NCBI RefSeq assembly: GCF_000372725.1
Contig: NW_005202427.1
Location: 925,581 to 989,580 of the forward strand
Origin: Emiliania huxleyi CCMP1516
Taxonomy: Eukaryota
Reading direction: 5' to 3'
Length of the DNA: 64,000 nucleotides
The position numbers and the translations under genes are program-made. Each line of letters begins with the position of its first letter. Positions within the stretch are counted from its first letter, which is position 1. Below, one piece after another: positions 1-12,248 of this stretch. The notes below the pieces were generated by a model. The model was not told the origin of the DNA. It did no database searches and saw only the letters and a list, made by a program, of their open reading frames with translations.

Positions 1-2
1 CT

Positions 3-151
3 CCCTCACTGGTGTGTGTTCATCGGGGGGGGTCATAACAAACACGGTACAGGATCGAGGTGCACGCTGCCAAGGCAGTGTCGTCCCCCCTCTCCCCGAC
101 GGCGATGGCGGTGTGACCGATCGAGCTACAAGAGGAGCTTGTTCGGCATGA
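3..151 (+). repeat. Dispersed repeat; inverted copy at ~10805-10955
   Basis: Near-identical to the reverse complement of 10805-10955 (GGTCATAACAAACACGGTACAGGATCGAGG...CGAGCTACAAGAGG); may extend beyond the window start. Confidence 0.85.
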
Positions 152-357
152 TCGGGGTGAGCCGAGCAGTTCTTTCCTTTCGTGATCAGCCCATGTTCTG
201 ACCGTGTTCGGCAGCGTTCGAACACGGTCAGAACAGGGTTGGATCAGGGTCGGAACACATGTGACAGAGCTGCCCCACACGTACGGCCCTTTTTGCCGAC
301 CTTGATCCGTACTGTGTTCGACCGTGATCCGACCGGGTGTTGAGGGACGATTTCATT

Positions 358-1850
358 CAGAATGACCAGGCGCGCGATACAAACACAGACCAACTAGGTA
401 CTCGAGTTGGAGAACCCCCCCCCCCTCGAGACCCCCTGGGGTCGACCCGGCCGATCGGGGTGAGATTCTTGGTGGTCTTCTTGCAGCGGTCGACCAGGTT
501 GGGCTCGCCCTTGCGCTCGATCTTGCGGAGCGGGGAGGGGGTCTTCCACTCGTCGATGCCCTGCGCGTGTGCGAGAGGTCATAGGGTCAACATGAGTACC
601 GCACGTGGGACTCCCGTGTCCCCGCAATAGCAATACCCATGTATGCACGTGCTGGGAGAATCTCACCGCCGGGGCGAGCTTCTCCGCTGGCGGAGACTCC
701 TTGGCCGAGATGGTCCAGTCGGCGTCGCCCTACGCAATGAAAGCGGGGTGGGGTCAAGGGGTGCCGGCGGACTTCTCGGCGGCGGGCTCGTCGGTGGCTG
801 CCTCCTCGGACTCCTCCTCGGTGGCGGACTTGGCGGCGGCCTCCTCGGTGGTCGCCTTCTCGGTGGCGGCCTCCTCGGCGGTCGCCTCCTCGGTGGCCGA
901 CTCGGCGTCCTCCTCGTCGGCGGCGGACTTGGCGGCGGACTCCTCGGCGGCGGCGGACTTGATGCCGCATGCCTGGGTGAGGGGAGAACACGCAAGTGTG
1001 CGGAGACAGGGAGACCGTAGGGATGATGACAATCCTGGCGTGCGCACACTCACCTCGGCTCCGAGGTGCGAAGGCAGCGACGACAAGTAGATCTCGTCCA
1101 CATCGCCGTCGGGCTTGGCCGTGTCCACTGCGGGCTTGGGCGCGGCCTTGACGTCGTCCTTGACGCCGCACGCCTGTGGGCGAGAGCGAATACGCAGGTG
1201 TTCGGAGACGGGGAGATTGCACGGAATGTGCTCTTGGCGTGCGCACACTCACCTCGGCTCCGAGGAGCGAAGGCGACAGCGACGTGATGCCGACAGGAGC
1301 CGTCGGCGCCGACTCGGACGGGACGTCATTGCCGTTGCCGATGACGTCATTGAGTGATGCGGGCTCGCTCTCGGACGAGATGCCGTCGTGCTTGCCTCCG
1401 GCAGAGTCGACGACGGACGAGGGCGGCGACGGAAGTGGCAGGCACGAGGTTTTGTCGACGGTGAACGTGAGGCGCCGCGAGGTCTCGGCGCCGGCGAACG
1501 ATGCGCCTACCGACGCCGCAAACACGACGCCGACGTACTCGAGCGAAGCGGGCTTGCCCTCGGACGGGATGACGTCCTCGAGCGAAGCGGGCTGGCCCTC
1601 GGACGGGATGCCGGCGGCCTCGCCTCCGGCAGGGTTGACGGTCGTGTTGCCCGCCAGCGACGCCTGTGTCAGCCAGAAGGCCAGAGGATAACATAAGTCT
1701 TGCAGACGGGAGCGCATTGTCACGTGCGCGCAAGCACACGCCTGCTTGTCAGCAAGCGGCGGCGGCGGAGGAGAGAGCTTGAGCACGAGCTTGTCACCGG
1801 CGGCCGGCACGAGCTCGAGTTTGAGCTTGTCGAGCATGTTGATCGAGTTC
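358..1850 (-). CDS. Multi-exon low-complexity (Ala/Glu/Ser-rich) hypothetical protein; 5' end uncertain
   Basis: Frames join via GT-AG introns 973-1053 and 1174-1252 and a GC-AG intron ~1664-1741; repeats PSE(G/S)xPASL and EEATAE; last exon GIDEWKTPSPLRKIERK. Confidence 0.55.
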
Positions 1851-2671
1851 CTGCAGCGCGCGTGGGTATGCACGCCAAAGAGGGTCGATAGATGCAGCTC
1901 ATGGAGAAGGCTGTGTGACGGGTTCATGTGATAGAACTGCTGCTGCTGGTTAGTTACTGGATGTACCAGCAGACTGTGCAGAGCACTACTATTATGACTG
2001 GGGACTGGAGACTTGCAAAGCCTCCTGTTATTGCTGGTTACTGGAGACTGTGCAGAGCAGTACTATTATTACTAAACTGTGCAGAGTCAATCTCGGCGAA
2101 TGGAGAGGTCAGCACCTACAGGTTCACGACGATGTGAAAGTCAGTCTCACAATGCTACAGAGATGTCGGGGGAATATGGGGGTATATGGGGTACATGGAT
2201 AATAGTCTTGAGCTTGAGTGAAAGAGGGCCAGGCACCATCCAGAAAGAGGTGCGGAAGTCCCAACGGGGCCACCCGGGGCATCAAGCCGAGACTCGGCGG
2301 TCATGTGTCAATCTCGGCTTGATCTCGGGGTCAATCTCGGCGAACGGAGAGGTCAGCACCCCACCTACGGGATCATGACCATGTGAAAGAGGGTCAAAAA
2401 CTGCTATGGAGATGTCCAGTGGGTATGTGGGGGGGTATGTGGGGGTATGTGGGGGTATATGGGGGTATATGGGGAGGAGAATATCTCGAGGAATCTCCAA
2501 ATGCTCCGAGGAGAAATGGATCAATCGTCGCAATCTCCACCCCGCCGGCCACCCACCCAGCCAACCACGCAGCCCCCCCGCCATGCCCTCCCCTCCCCCT
2601 CGAGCCTCGCCTACACAGACAAAAAGAAATCGATCGGCCCGCGTGGTTTGCTAATAAAGGGCAGGGCCATG

Positions 2672-2780
<109 letters not shown>

Positions 2781-4745
2781 GGTCGAGCCAGGTCACTGCC
2801 ACACCTACGGGCAGCACGCCGCGGCGTTAGCGTCGCGACGACCGGCACACTCTCTCGTGTCCTCGGCGCTCGGACTGGAGCCGGGCAGCGATTGGCAAGC
2901 GAGCGGGCTGCGTCGCTCTCTCGCCGGAAAAGAGTGGGAGCAATCGGGCGGGTTCGCTCGGTGTAAGGGTGGGAAACGAGCGGCAGCGGCCGCGTCTCGT
3001 GGCTCCTCGATGGCAGCAGCCTCACCTGCGAACGGGAGGTGGCAGGCATTGTGAGGCCGAGAGGGGGCGAAGCCGCTCGGGCGCCAAAGCGAAGCGCATC
3101 GCATGGTGGGAGCGGAGAGGGAGCGGCGGGTTGCGTGAGCAAGAGGCGTCGCGCCGCTCGGGCGTGCAGCTCCCCGCGGCCATATGTGCGTCGATGAAGC
3201 GGGGCCAGCGCGAGCGGAACGGGAAAGGCGAGGGTTGGCCTTGTGGTGTCAGCAAAGTCGGTCAGAATGGGCGTGGGAAAAGGGGGAACTCTGGGTTGCT
3301 TACTTATGAAAGTGGGATCCAGACTCGTTGGTGGTCCTCGTTGGTGTAAAAAAAGAATCTTATAATTCGACTCCCTCGCACGACACTAGGCACGGGTCTG
3401 GCGCGCACTGGCACTAACAAAGAACATACAATAAACAAGAGGAGTTTTAAAAACAACAACAGAAAAGAACTGCTCGGAGGGAGATTTTTGAAAACCATTG
3501 ACATTGAGCTATCTTCTTTCTTTCGCGGTTTCGAAGTTGATGAGACCTCGTCCCCCCCTCGCTCTGCCTCAGTCCGCACAACACTAGGCACGGGACTGGC
3601 GCGCACTGGCACTAACACAGGTACACCACAAGGAAAAGAAACGAGACGGGGTGCAAAACAAAACAAACAAAATCTCTCCTAGACGGGGTGCGCGAGGAAA
3701 GAAACATGTATACAGCCGAAGCTGGGTGAGTACTGGGGGTTGGCCTTTACACGCTTTTCTCTGCAAAGGCTATCTATATTCTTTGCATCATATTCTCTCT
3801 GGGCCCTCTATATTCTCGAGAATATTCTCGAATATTGAGAATATTTTGACCTCGCGTATATCGACGGAGACCAAAAGTCGCTCCCAAACCCGCTCAGAAC
3901 CTCCAAAACTTAAAGATTTCAGTCGGCATCGACCCGAAACCTACTGTTGAGGGGGGAATAGCTGTTTCGAGCTCTCTCGTCAAGACCGTTTTAGACGCCG
4001 CACAGCGGCAACGTCAAGAATATTCAAGAATATCTTTGGACTCGAGGTCCACCAAGGTCAAGGGCTGCGGAAAGCTCGTATATTCTTGAGGGAAAAGCCG
4101 TAGTATGCCATCGACCCGTCCCCTGCCCCCTCGCCCTTGCTCTTCCTCTCTCCCTCCATGCCCTCGCCCCCATACCCCTCACACTCCCCTCCCTATCCCC
4201 CCTTCCCCCTCCCCCTCGCCTCCCTCCCCCTCCTCGCGGTAGGGCCCATGCCCCTCGACCATGTTCCGGTAGAACGCCTCGGTGTTGCCGAAGGCGACAA
4301 AAGCGCCCTTCCGACCATGCTCCCCGCCGCTGGAGGCTGGTGAGGGGGCAGACAAACTTGACATCGCCTGAAAAGCGCTTGCCGCCCCTGCCAATGTTGC
4401 GCGTCCACGTCGGGTTGTTTGTTGTAACTCTGACCGAGGTGGCCTTTCGGCTCCATTCGCACAGCGGTGCCCAGGGAAGGGGAGAACGCAGAGAGAAATG
4501 AAAGCCGTCCGGCTCACAAGTCAAAATAATTCCAACGGGAGCCAGTAGTGAGTGCGTCTGCTTCTCCTTTTCTCTTTTACGCCTGGGAAAATTATTTTTT
4601 GTCTTCTTCGGGGTAAATTCATTTTTTGGACCAACGACTCTGAACGCCGAACCAATCCGTGTTTGACCAATTCGGCGGCGTGCCGAGCACGAGCACGCCT
4701 GCCAACCTGCGTGGTTCGTAGGGTCAAAAGAGGCCCGTCAAGGTT

Positions 4746-6617
4746 ATGCTCGACTCTGGCACCACGCCGGCAGGCAAGCGCAAGCGCCAGCCGATCGATG
4801 TCGAGGTTTGCTGGGGCAGCATCCTCTCGGGCGGCGCGTCAGTGTGCGAGGTGGTGCCTCTCAAAGACGGAGCGTTCCGCAACAACTTTTGTGCACGGTG
4901 CAGGCAGCGAGGCGTGCTTGTCCCCGTGGCGAGAGTGCGAGTGACGGTCGGGACGGCTGAGCTCTCCAACCAACGGACCGCCGGCGTGTGGAACAGCCCG
5001 TCCCGCGATGCGCCCTGGCCGGACTACCGACTCATCAATCAGACGGCAGACTGCACCGGCCCGCGTCTGGTGATCCTGAGGAACGAGTGCTCGGCAGACC
5101 TCCCAAACCTCGCACCTCTGCCACCGCTGCCGGCCGTCACCTCCCTCCCGTGGCCCCCGCCCGGCTTCATCGCCTTTCGCGTCGGACGGACTCTCGTGCC
5201 GATGATGCCTCTCCCGCGGAGCTTTGCCGTGGAGGCGGAGCGGGTGGCCGCCGCTGCGACAGGCGCCGGGACGCAGGCGTGGCAGCAGTACGGCAGCGGC
5301 CCCGGATCGCCTGCGTCTCCTCCTTTTGAAGACGCGATCGCCCACCGGCCGTCGACCTTTACTTCGCAAGCGCCCTCCCTGCTGCCGATAGCGCCCTTCC
5401 CCTCGATAGCGGTTGCGATAACTACCTCCCTGTTGCCCGCCTCTGCAGCCGCCACAGCGCCCGCCGCAGCGCCCGCCGCAGCGCCCGCCGCAGCGCCCGC
5501 CGCAGCGCAGCCGTCCCCGCTCGCTGCGGGTCTGGCGGCGCACGCGGTGGACGACCTGGTCGAGCGCCTGGACGACTTCCTCGACCGAGAGCCTGCCGAG
5601 AAGATCGCAGCCTTACTCGGCCTAGCCCCCCCGGCGGGTGCATCGGCGCTTGCGCCGCTAGACGCTTCGCCAGTGCCAGCACCGCCCGAAACTCCTGGCG
5701 AAGGCGAGTGGGACCGAATGTTCGCGGGCATCTTTTCCCCCAGCGAGATCGAGTCCATAAGGCGCGACTGCTCAGGCGATACCTCCGCGCCGCCCTCGCC
5801 ACCGGCGCCCGACCCAGCGCTCCTCTCGCGGCCCAAACTCAACGGGGGAGCGGGCGCTGCGGTGGCTCGCGCACTGGCGGTCGGAAAGGCGGAGGTGCAG
5901 ACCGGCGCTTACACCAAGCGGCGCGTTTTGCTGTGCTCACGCTGGCCCCTGCTCCACGACGCGTCCAAGACGTGTGCCATAGGCTTGCTGCTCAAGCTCG
6001 CCTCCCTGCTGATACTGCTGGCGAAGCAGGCCACCGCCGCCATCCTCGCCGGCCACAAGTTCCACATCGCCGTTGCTGCTCTTGCCGCAGCCTCGCCTCT
6101 GGTTGCAGGCTGGTCATATTTGGGATACCCAGGAAGCATCATGACGCACCTTGTCGGCGGCCTGCTGATAGTCGGCCACGTTGCCTGCGGCCCGCGTTTG
6201 ACTGCTCGCTTGGGCACGACTCTTCTTGTGGTGGGGTACGCACTCTTCGTCGCAGCACGACTCGTCGGCTGGTCAACACTCGATACGGCGCAGCAGATCG
6301 AGCGGTTTGATAGGCTCCAACGCGAGCCACTCGCCGGCATTGCCTTCTTCGCAAGCTTCGGCGCGTGGCTCGGCTCCCAGCCATCCGAGTACTCCTCGCC
6401 AAAGCATAAGTTGCGCGTCGCCGCCATCATCACCGCCCTGATGGTCGTCAACAGGACCATCATTTGGGTGCGCACCGGTCAGCTGCGGTCGCTGTCTCAA
6501 GGTGTGCTATACGCCTGGGGGCCGTTCAACTTTGGAGTGCTGGCAACCATGTACGTACTGTACCTCCGGCAGGATGGTGCGAGTGCACGTTCAGGACGAC
6601 GTGCAGCACGCGTGTGA
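4746..6617 (+). CDS. Intronless 623-aa protein: KRKR, Cys-containing N-terminal domain, Pro/Ala linker, multi-pass TM C-terminus
   Basis: Long ORF with GC3-biased codons; CWG...C...NNFCARCR...YRLIN...CTGPRLVIL; about 6-7 hydrophobic segments. Confidence 0.8.
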   Translation: MLDSGTTPAGKRKRQPIDVEVCWGSILSGGASVCEVVPLKDGAFRNNFCARCRQRGVLVPVARVRVTVGTAELSNQRTAGVWNSPSRDAPWPDYRLINQTADCTGPRLVILRNECSADLPNLAPLPPLPAVTSLPWPPPGFIAFRVGRTLVPMMPLPRSFAVEAERVAAAATGAGTQAWQQYGSGPGSPASPPFEDAIAHRPSTFTSQAPSLLPIAPFPSIAVAITTSLLPASAAATAPAAAPAAAPAAAPAAAQPSPLAAGLAAHAVDDLVERLDDFLDREPAEKIAALLGLAPPAGASALAPLDASPVPAPPETPGEGEWDRMFAGIFSPSEIESIRRDCSGDTSAPPSPPAPDPALLSRPKLNGGAGAAVARALAVGKAEVQTGAYTKRRVLLCSRWPLLHDASKTCAIGLLLKLASLLILLAKQATAAILAGHKFHIAVAALAAASPLVAGWSYLGYPGSIMTHLVGGLLIVGHVACGPRLTARLGTTLLVVGYALFVAARLVGWSTLDTAQQIERFDRLQREPLAGIAFFASFGAWLGSQPSEYSSPKHKLRVAAIITALMVVNRTIIWVRTGQLRSLSQGVLYAWGPFNFGVLATMYVLYLRQDGASARSGRRAARV

Positions 6618-7346
6618 TAGGGAGCAAGGGGAGATGTGGGTTGTGGCGCTACGAGGATGCGAGGACATGCGAGAATGCCGGCCACTAGCCGTAGCAGCTT
6701 GTCTGTCTGGGTGGAGAGGGCTGTAGGCGCGCGACGTTGGGGACGACTGTACACTACCTTCGATGCGAGTCCACACCATAGGCGCGCCCATTGCCAACGC
6801 CGCATGTAGGGTCATGATAGACGCTTTGCCTCTCCACTAGTCGTAGCAGCCTGTCTGAAGTCGCGGCGCCGGTGCCCTCGCATGTGCTCTGCTGTACTAG
6901 CCATGTTCGTTGCGCCCGCGGACAGTAGAAGCGCGCGCAGCTATATACATTTTTACCGTAGTAACCGGCACAAACAAAATATCGCTCCGAGCGGCGAGCG
7001 TGATTCCTTTGACAATACTTTGTGTGTGAAATCGCAAGAGGTGTGATTTCAAGAGCGTGATGCGTGAAAATGACGTGCCGAGCTTTGAGATATCATGACT
7101 CCATAATGGCGATGCAAGCGGGGAAATCCTGATGCTGAGGCTCAGGATGTGTGGCAGCCCCGTTGACTGAGTGTTTCGCAGTGAAACCACCCCCCTGGGG
7201 GCGAACCGTCTTCGGTTTCGTCGGTTGCAAGTGCACTATCAACCCACGAAACCCGAAAAGAAAACGTGCAGGGGGAAAATACATCGTCACCAGATCGTAT
7301 ACAGTATAACTAGGGGCTGTGTATACGCTTTGCGGTGTCTTCTATA

Positions 7347-8750
7347 TTACGCAGGCTCCGCGGGCGACGACGCGACGACCGCTGCGTCCCCTAGCGCTGG
7401 ACGCAAAGCGTATACACGTGTGCCGCCGCGGTGCCGCCGGCGGCCGTCGCCTCTCAGGCGCTGGAGAGCTCTCGTCACGCCGCGCCGAAACTCCGCCTCG
7501 ATCGCGTGCGGGAGTAGGGCCGGCAGGGCAAACGGCAAGCCGAGCGGGTGGATGACGGTCCGCACCCACCGCCCGTCGCCCGTGCGGAGGTAGGCGACGG
7601 CGAGGATCGACGAGCCCAGCGCGACCAACGCCGCCGCGAGGAGGAGCTTGAACGAGGTGCTGCGCGGCTGTGCACTGTGGACCAACCCGAGCGAGAAGGT
7701 CACGGCGAACTTGAGCGGCGAACTGCTCGTGTGGTGGTCGAGCTCCGACTCGATGGCCGCGGCCGGCCGCAAAAACATGGTCGCGACAGCCGTGGCGGGG
7801 ATGAGGATGCAAGCGGCGCACCAGACGTGTCCCGCCAGCCGTCCGTTGCCCGAAGCGAGCTGGGTCAGGTAGGCGGCCGCGAAGAAGGGCAGCGTGAAGG
7901 CGCCGGGCCGCGCAATCCAGAGCGGGACCGAGGGGCGTGGCTCTTGGGCGTAGTACGAGGCGGAGTGGGAGCGGACCCAAAAGACCACGGGCAAGAATGC
8001 CAGCGCCTGCTGGAGCACGGCGCCGCAAGGTGAGCGCGAGAGCACGCGCCGCGTGCGTGGCGTCAGCAGGAGGGCGAGCGTGACGTAGCTCGCGCCCGCC
8101 GAAGCGCCCGCGCCAAAGGAGGCCAGCCCGGTGGTGAGGAGGACGGGGATGGCGGCCGAGCCGACGAGGACGATCGGTAGACGCGCCAGCGGCAGCCACG
8201 AGCGCGGCGCGAAGAGCATTGGCGCCGGCATGTGCGGCTGGCGTCCTGCAGGCGGCGCGGGCGGCGCGGGCGGCGGCGCGGGCGGCGTGGTAGAGGTACT
8301 CAGCTCGCCGCTCACCTCCGGAGGCGACGGTGGCGGTGTGCTGCCCAGCCCGCCATTGCCGCTGGCCCCCAGTCTGGCGGCGGTCTGGACGTCTGCCGGC
8401 GGGATGTACCCTGGGGAGGGCAGCGAGGCGCCTGCCCCCACGGAGCATGAGTACGGCATCGGCGGCATCGGCATCGACATCACCGTCGCCACTGGCATCA
8501 TCGACGGCGGCGCGCGAGAGAGCTGTTTGTTGCGAGTGGAAAGGGGCGAAGCCCCGGGCGCTGCCGCGTGCCGGAGGCTTTGCCGTAGCCGGTGCGGTCG
8601 ACGGCGCTCGGGCTGCCGACCTCTTTGGCGAAGTTGAAGATGATTCTTGGTGCGATGCCGCCCTGGCTTTCGACGAGACAAATTCACAGCCTTGTTATTG
8701 AGAAGAAAATACACAGCCTTGTTAAATTCCTCGTATGGCGCTGTGCGCTG
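7347..8750 (-). CDS. Diverged paralog of the 4746-6617 protein (multi-TM C-terminus); 5' part possibly frameshifted
   Basis: Shared C-terminal pattern G..xxQP....K......L.....RTG.....PF and PPSPP; upstream remnant QRTA..YFLLNN..(frameshift ~8681)..C..PRIIF with a GC-AG intron ~8523-8572. Confidence 0.65.
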   Translation of the reverse strand, partial: QRTAPYEEFNKAVYFLLNNKAVNLSRRKPGRHRTKNHLQLRQRGRQPERRRPHRLRQSLRHAAAPGASPLSTRNKQLSRAPPSMMPVATVMSMPMPPMPYSCSVGAGASLPSPGYIPPADVQTAARLGASGNGGLGSTPPPSPPEVSGELSTSTTPPAPPPAPPAPPAGRQPHMPAPMLFAPRSWLPLARLPIVLVGSAAIPVLLTTGLASFGAGASAGASYVTLALLLTPRTRRVLSRSPCGAVLQQALAFLPVVFWVRSHSASYYAQEPRPSVPLWIARPGAFTLPFFAAAYLTQLASGNGRLAGHVWCAACILIPATAVATMFLRPAAAIESELDHHTSSSPLKFAVTFSLGLVHSAQPRSTSFKLLLAAALVALGSSILAVAYLRTGDGRWVRTVIHPLGLPFALPALLPHAIEAEFRRGVTRALQRLRGDGRRRHRGGTRVYALRPALGDAAVVASSPAEPA

Positions 8751-9290
8751 GTCTATGAGAGGTTGAGGTGCGAGCCCTGGAGGCCCTGGGGATGGGGGGA
8801 GACTACCCGCGGGCCTAGAAGGCCCGCGCGCGCAGGATTCACATCAACGCACAACCCCGGGTCCCGAAATCGCACAGTGACAGTCAGACATGCAACACGG
8901 GGCCCCAGGGAAGGCAAGCAAAAACCTTATGACGCGCGCTAGTCGCCGACTCGGAGGCCGCACCGGTCATGCGCGCACACCGGACGTTCACAGGTCGGGT
9001 GAACCCGGCGGCAGTCTCACTTTGTCTTTGATCTTTGTTTGTTGCAGTCGGAGGCGCGGAAGCGATGGTGGCGGAGAGGCAGGCAGAGCGGTGGCGGGTG
9101 GGCGACGGACGGTGGGGTGAGTGGGGAAGGCGGCAGCCGCGAACCAGCGACGGGTCCGGCGACTGAGCTGCAATCGAGCCAGTCAGCCAGATCCCCTGCG
9201 GCTCCCTCCGTCCGACTCGGGCTCGGGAGGGGAGCACGGTGGTGCCGGGTCGATGTCTGGAGTCGAGCTTGGAGGGCGAAAATAAAAAAA

Positions 9291-10103
9291 ATGGCGCGGC
9301 GCCTCACCAGCGAATTCCTGGAACAGCGAAGTGCTCCGCCGAAGAGCGCCGCGGCCCTCAACAAACCCCTGCCCTCAACCCATCGATGCCGGAGAGCACG
9401 GCGAAAGTTGCGCGCGAGGACCCTGCCGATGGGCAGTTTGCGGTCGTCGCCGAGCGCGGAAGCGTGCTGGTCGACGCCGACACGCTTTCCTTCCTCTCCG
9501 GTGCAGCCGATCGGCAGGCTCCCGGCGGTGCGGCCCTGTTCCACGCGCCGCTTTCGAGTGTGCGGCTCGGTGTCACAAGCCTCGGGGCGCGACGCATCGC
9601 GGCCGCGCGCGCCTGACGGCGCCCGCCCCTGTGTCCCAGGCCTCAACCTCTCCGACCCCGCCGCCGTCAAGCTGATGGTCGTGCCGCGTGCGCGCGGGCC
9701 ATGCTGGCTTTGCGAGTTGCCCCGCGACGCGGCGACCGAGCTTCTCGTCCGGACGCTCCGCGCGCGCATCGCCGATGTCCACGTGAGGGCATGTATCTGG
9801 GAACTGCCCGCGCCGCGAGTGTGGGTTGCACTGTGGGAGGGGTGGATGGCGCACCCAGACAAGCCGAGGGCGAGAGACCGGAGAGGGAGCGCGCGTGCGG
9901 AGCGTTGTTCTATCGCACGCAGGCTATCGACCGCCGCCACTGGGCGCGCGCAGGTGCTTGAGGCCGTCAGCACTGCCGACCAGATCTTGGATGCCAACCT
10001 GGAGCGGCTGGCACGCAGCCCAGCCGATCTGGCCAGTCTGGTGCGCTCCGTCGAGGCTGCCCTCGCCCGACGCGAAGCGCAGGGGCGGCCGCTGCTGCTC
10101 TGA
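9291..10103 (+). CDS. Hypothetical protein (~270 aa)
   Basis: ATG after an A-rich leader; open frame with a helical C-terminus; no recognised domain. Confidence 0.5.
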   Translation: MARRLTSEFLEQRSAPPKSAAALNKPLPSTHRCRRARRKLRARTLPMGSLRSSPSAEACWSTPTRFPSSPVQPIGRLPAVRPCSTRRFRVCGSVSQASGRDASRPRAPDGARPCVPGLNLSDPAAVKLMVVPRARGPCWLCELPRDAATELLVRTLRARIADVHVRACIWELPAPRVWVALWEGWMAHPDKPRARDRRGSARAERCSIARRLSTAATGRAQVLEAVSTADQILDANLERLARSPADLASLVRSVEAALARREAQGRPLLL

Positions 10104-10439
10104 TCCGTCCTTGGCTTGTCACGCCTCGCCTTTGGTGTCGAGGTCAGTGCTTTGGAAGGTGCGCACATGGCAATGTTTTGGACCACATGCGCGGACAAAG
10201 GCGAGCGGATGGGGAACAAATCCTCCCACTGTTTGTGCGACAGGGGCGCACCCACGGCTCACGCGTGATTGAACCGAGCCCAACTTGGCGTTTGTTCTTT
10301 TTTTGTGCGAGTGCGGAGTGGTTGTGATACCGCCCCCGCCGTGGGAGCGGCGGGGGGGGGGGGGGGGGTTTCTTTTACGCGTACGACAAGCTCTGCCAGC
10401 AGCAGTGAGCAGAGCGCACTGGACCCAGCTCGAGTGCTC

Positions 10440-11488
10440 GACTAGGTCCAGCCCTGGGTGGCGCAAGATCTGACGTTTGACAATCGTCAGACCCGTGTTT
10501 TTCTCGTTGTTTTGTCGCTCGCTCCGCTCGCCACCTCACGCTTCCGTAGTCCGGCCATGGCCAGTACCCCGCGTCTCAGTGAGACGCGTGGTACCATCCA
10601 ACTCCGGTCGACGGGCTCGAATGCGCTCAGCCTCAGGAGGGACAAAACCACGCAAATTCTGCACGCCTCGCTGCGCCGCTGGCTTGACTGAATCAGCAGC
10701 AGGCTGCTGCTGCTCCCACACAGCAGCAGGCTGCTGCGGCCCTAATACGCAAGTTAATGACGGTGATCTCAGGCCCAGTGAGGTAGTGCATCTGACTATC
10801 CTGGATCCTGCTGAACAAGTTCCTCTTGTAGCTCGATCGGTCACACCGCCATCGCCGTCGGGGAGAGGGGGGACGACACTGCCTCAGCAGCGTGCACCTC
10901 GATCCTGTACCGTGTTTGTTATGACCCCCCCCCCCCATGAACACACCAATGAGGGTGGGCGAGACGATCGAGGGGTCCCGTACCATGTGGAATCGACCCT
11001 ATCAAGTGCTCAAGTGCTCAAGTTAATGACTAGCAGCACTGCCGGGGGCATACGAGCCGCCACAGCCGGTGTGCGGCCGTGTGCACTGCCACCTGCCCGC
11101 GGCTACGCACAATGTGCGCTCGCATTGGATGAGCCCTGCTGATGGACCTGCGTCGCCTAGCTACACGAGAGCAATGCCGCAGGCGGTGGCCGTGGCATAC
11201 ACTGCGAGCACACTCGGTGCAGCTGCGAGGTGCAGCAAGAGCACGTCGTTCCTGCCTCTGATGCCACTCTCGCGGCTTGCAGCGCGTCACTCACTCGCGC
11301 ATGCTCTCCAGGAGCTATGGCGGGCGCGTGTGTGGGGCTGTAGCCTGTGTTTGGCCGGTTCTGACCCGTTTACTATCAGTATCATGCCCGGGCCACAAAA
11401 AATCGCACACGGGTAGCGGCTCAGGGGCCCAGTAAGTCGCGGAATCGCCAAATGTCACAACCTGCGCCACCCAGGGCTGGACCTAGTC
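10440..11488. mobile_element. Non-autonomous TIR DNA element with 4-bp TSD GCTC
   Basis: 26-bp perfect TIR GACTAGGTCCAGCCCTGGGTGGCGCA (imperfect to ~45 bp); GCTC at 10436-10439 and 11489-11492. Confidence 0.8.
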
Positions 11489-11608
11489 GCTCCCGCCTCT
11501 TCGCCGCCGCCCCCCCCCCCCCCCCCCCTCGGCTCGTGCTTGAGCGGTACGAGGCGGTTGTGTTCACCGCGCCGCGTGGCTGGCAAGTAGGGTACGCCGG
11601 TGAGACCA

Positions 11609-11924
11609 CTGTTTTGGTGCCGACCTTAAATTCTGCACCGATCCGCGCTTCCCGTACCCGGAGCAGAGGCTCGGGGTTGGCATCTACATGGCAAGACCCT
11701 CCTGGGCGCTATTTCAATCGCAGCCCAACCAGTACCTTTGCTATTCCACAATAAACGCCGCCGAGGGGTTGGAGCCCTGCCACGGCGACAACGGCGGCAT
11801 CTGCCCGTATTCGAGTTTTTGTTGCCTAGCGGAAGTGGGGGACTGTCCCCAGCAATGGGACGGGTACGGGATGGTGCCCGTGCCAGGCGTCAACATTTGC
11901 GAGCTCCCTTCGCCGTCGGCCTGA
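11609..11924 (+). pseudogene. Cys-rich (extracellular-like) coding fragment
   Basis: Frame CFGADLKFCTDPRFPY...YLCYS...CHGDNGGICPYSSFCC...C; in-frame stop just upstream and no clear start. Confidence 0.35.
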
Positions 11925-12100
11925 GCTGCCCAGCGACGTCGGCAAGTGTCGAGCGCAAGCGACAGCGCGCGGAAGCGCGCCGAGGCGAGCGCGAGGCTGC
12001 TGCGAGCGAGGCGCGAACGGTCCAGCCGAACGTGAGTGCAGCGCCCTCCGTCGGGCCCGACGGACCAGAGTCGTACACACCGGGAGCGGCCAGGACTCAT

Positions 12101-12248
12101 AGACTCGGTCGAAAGACCCTAGATTGGCATCCATGCCTCTCTGGACCGCCACACACAAGGACCCCAGGAATTGCGACTCGCCGCTTTACTCCCGCTGTGA
12201 TTCTGTGTGAGCTCTGTGTCTTGATTTGCCAACAATAGACCTAAACCT
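12101..12248 (+). repeat. Dispersed repeat; uninterrupted (empty-site) version of the repeat split by the mini-LTR element at 49587-50459
   Basis: Matches 49527-49572 followed by 50465-50557. Confidence 0.8.
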
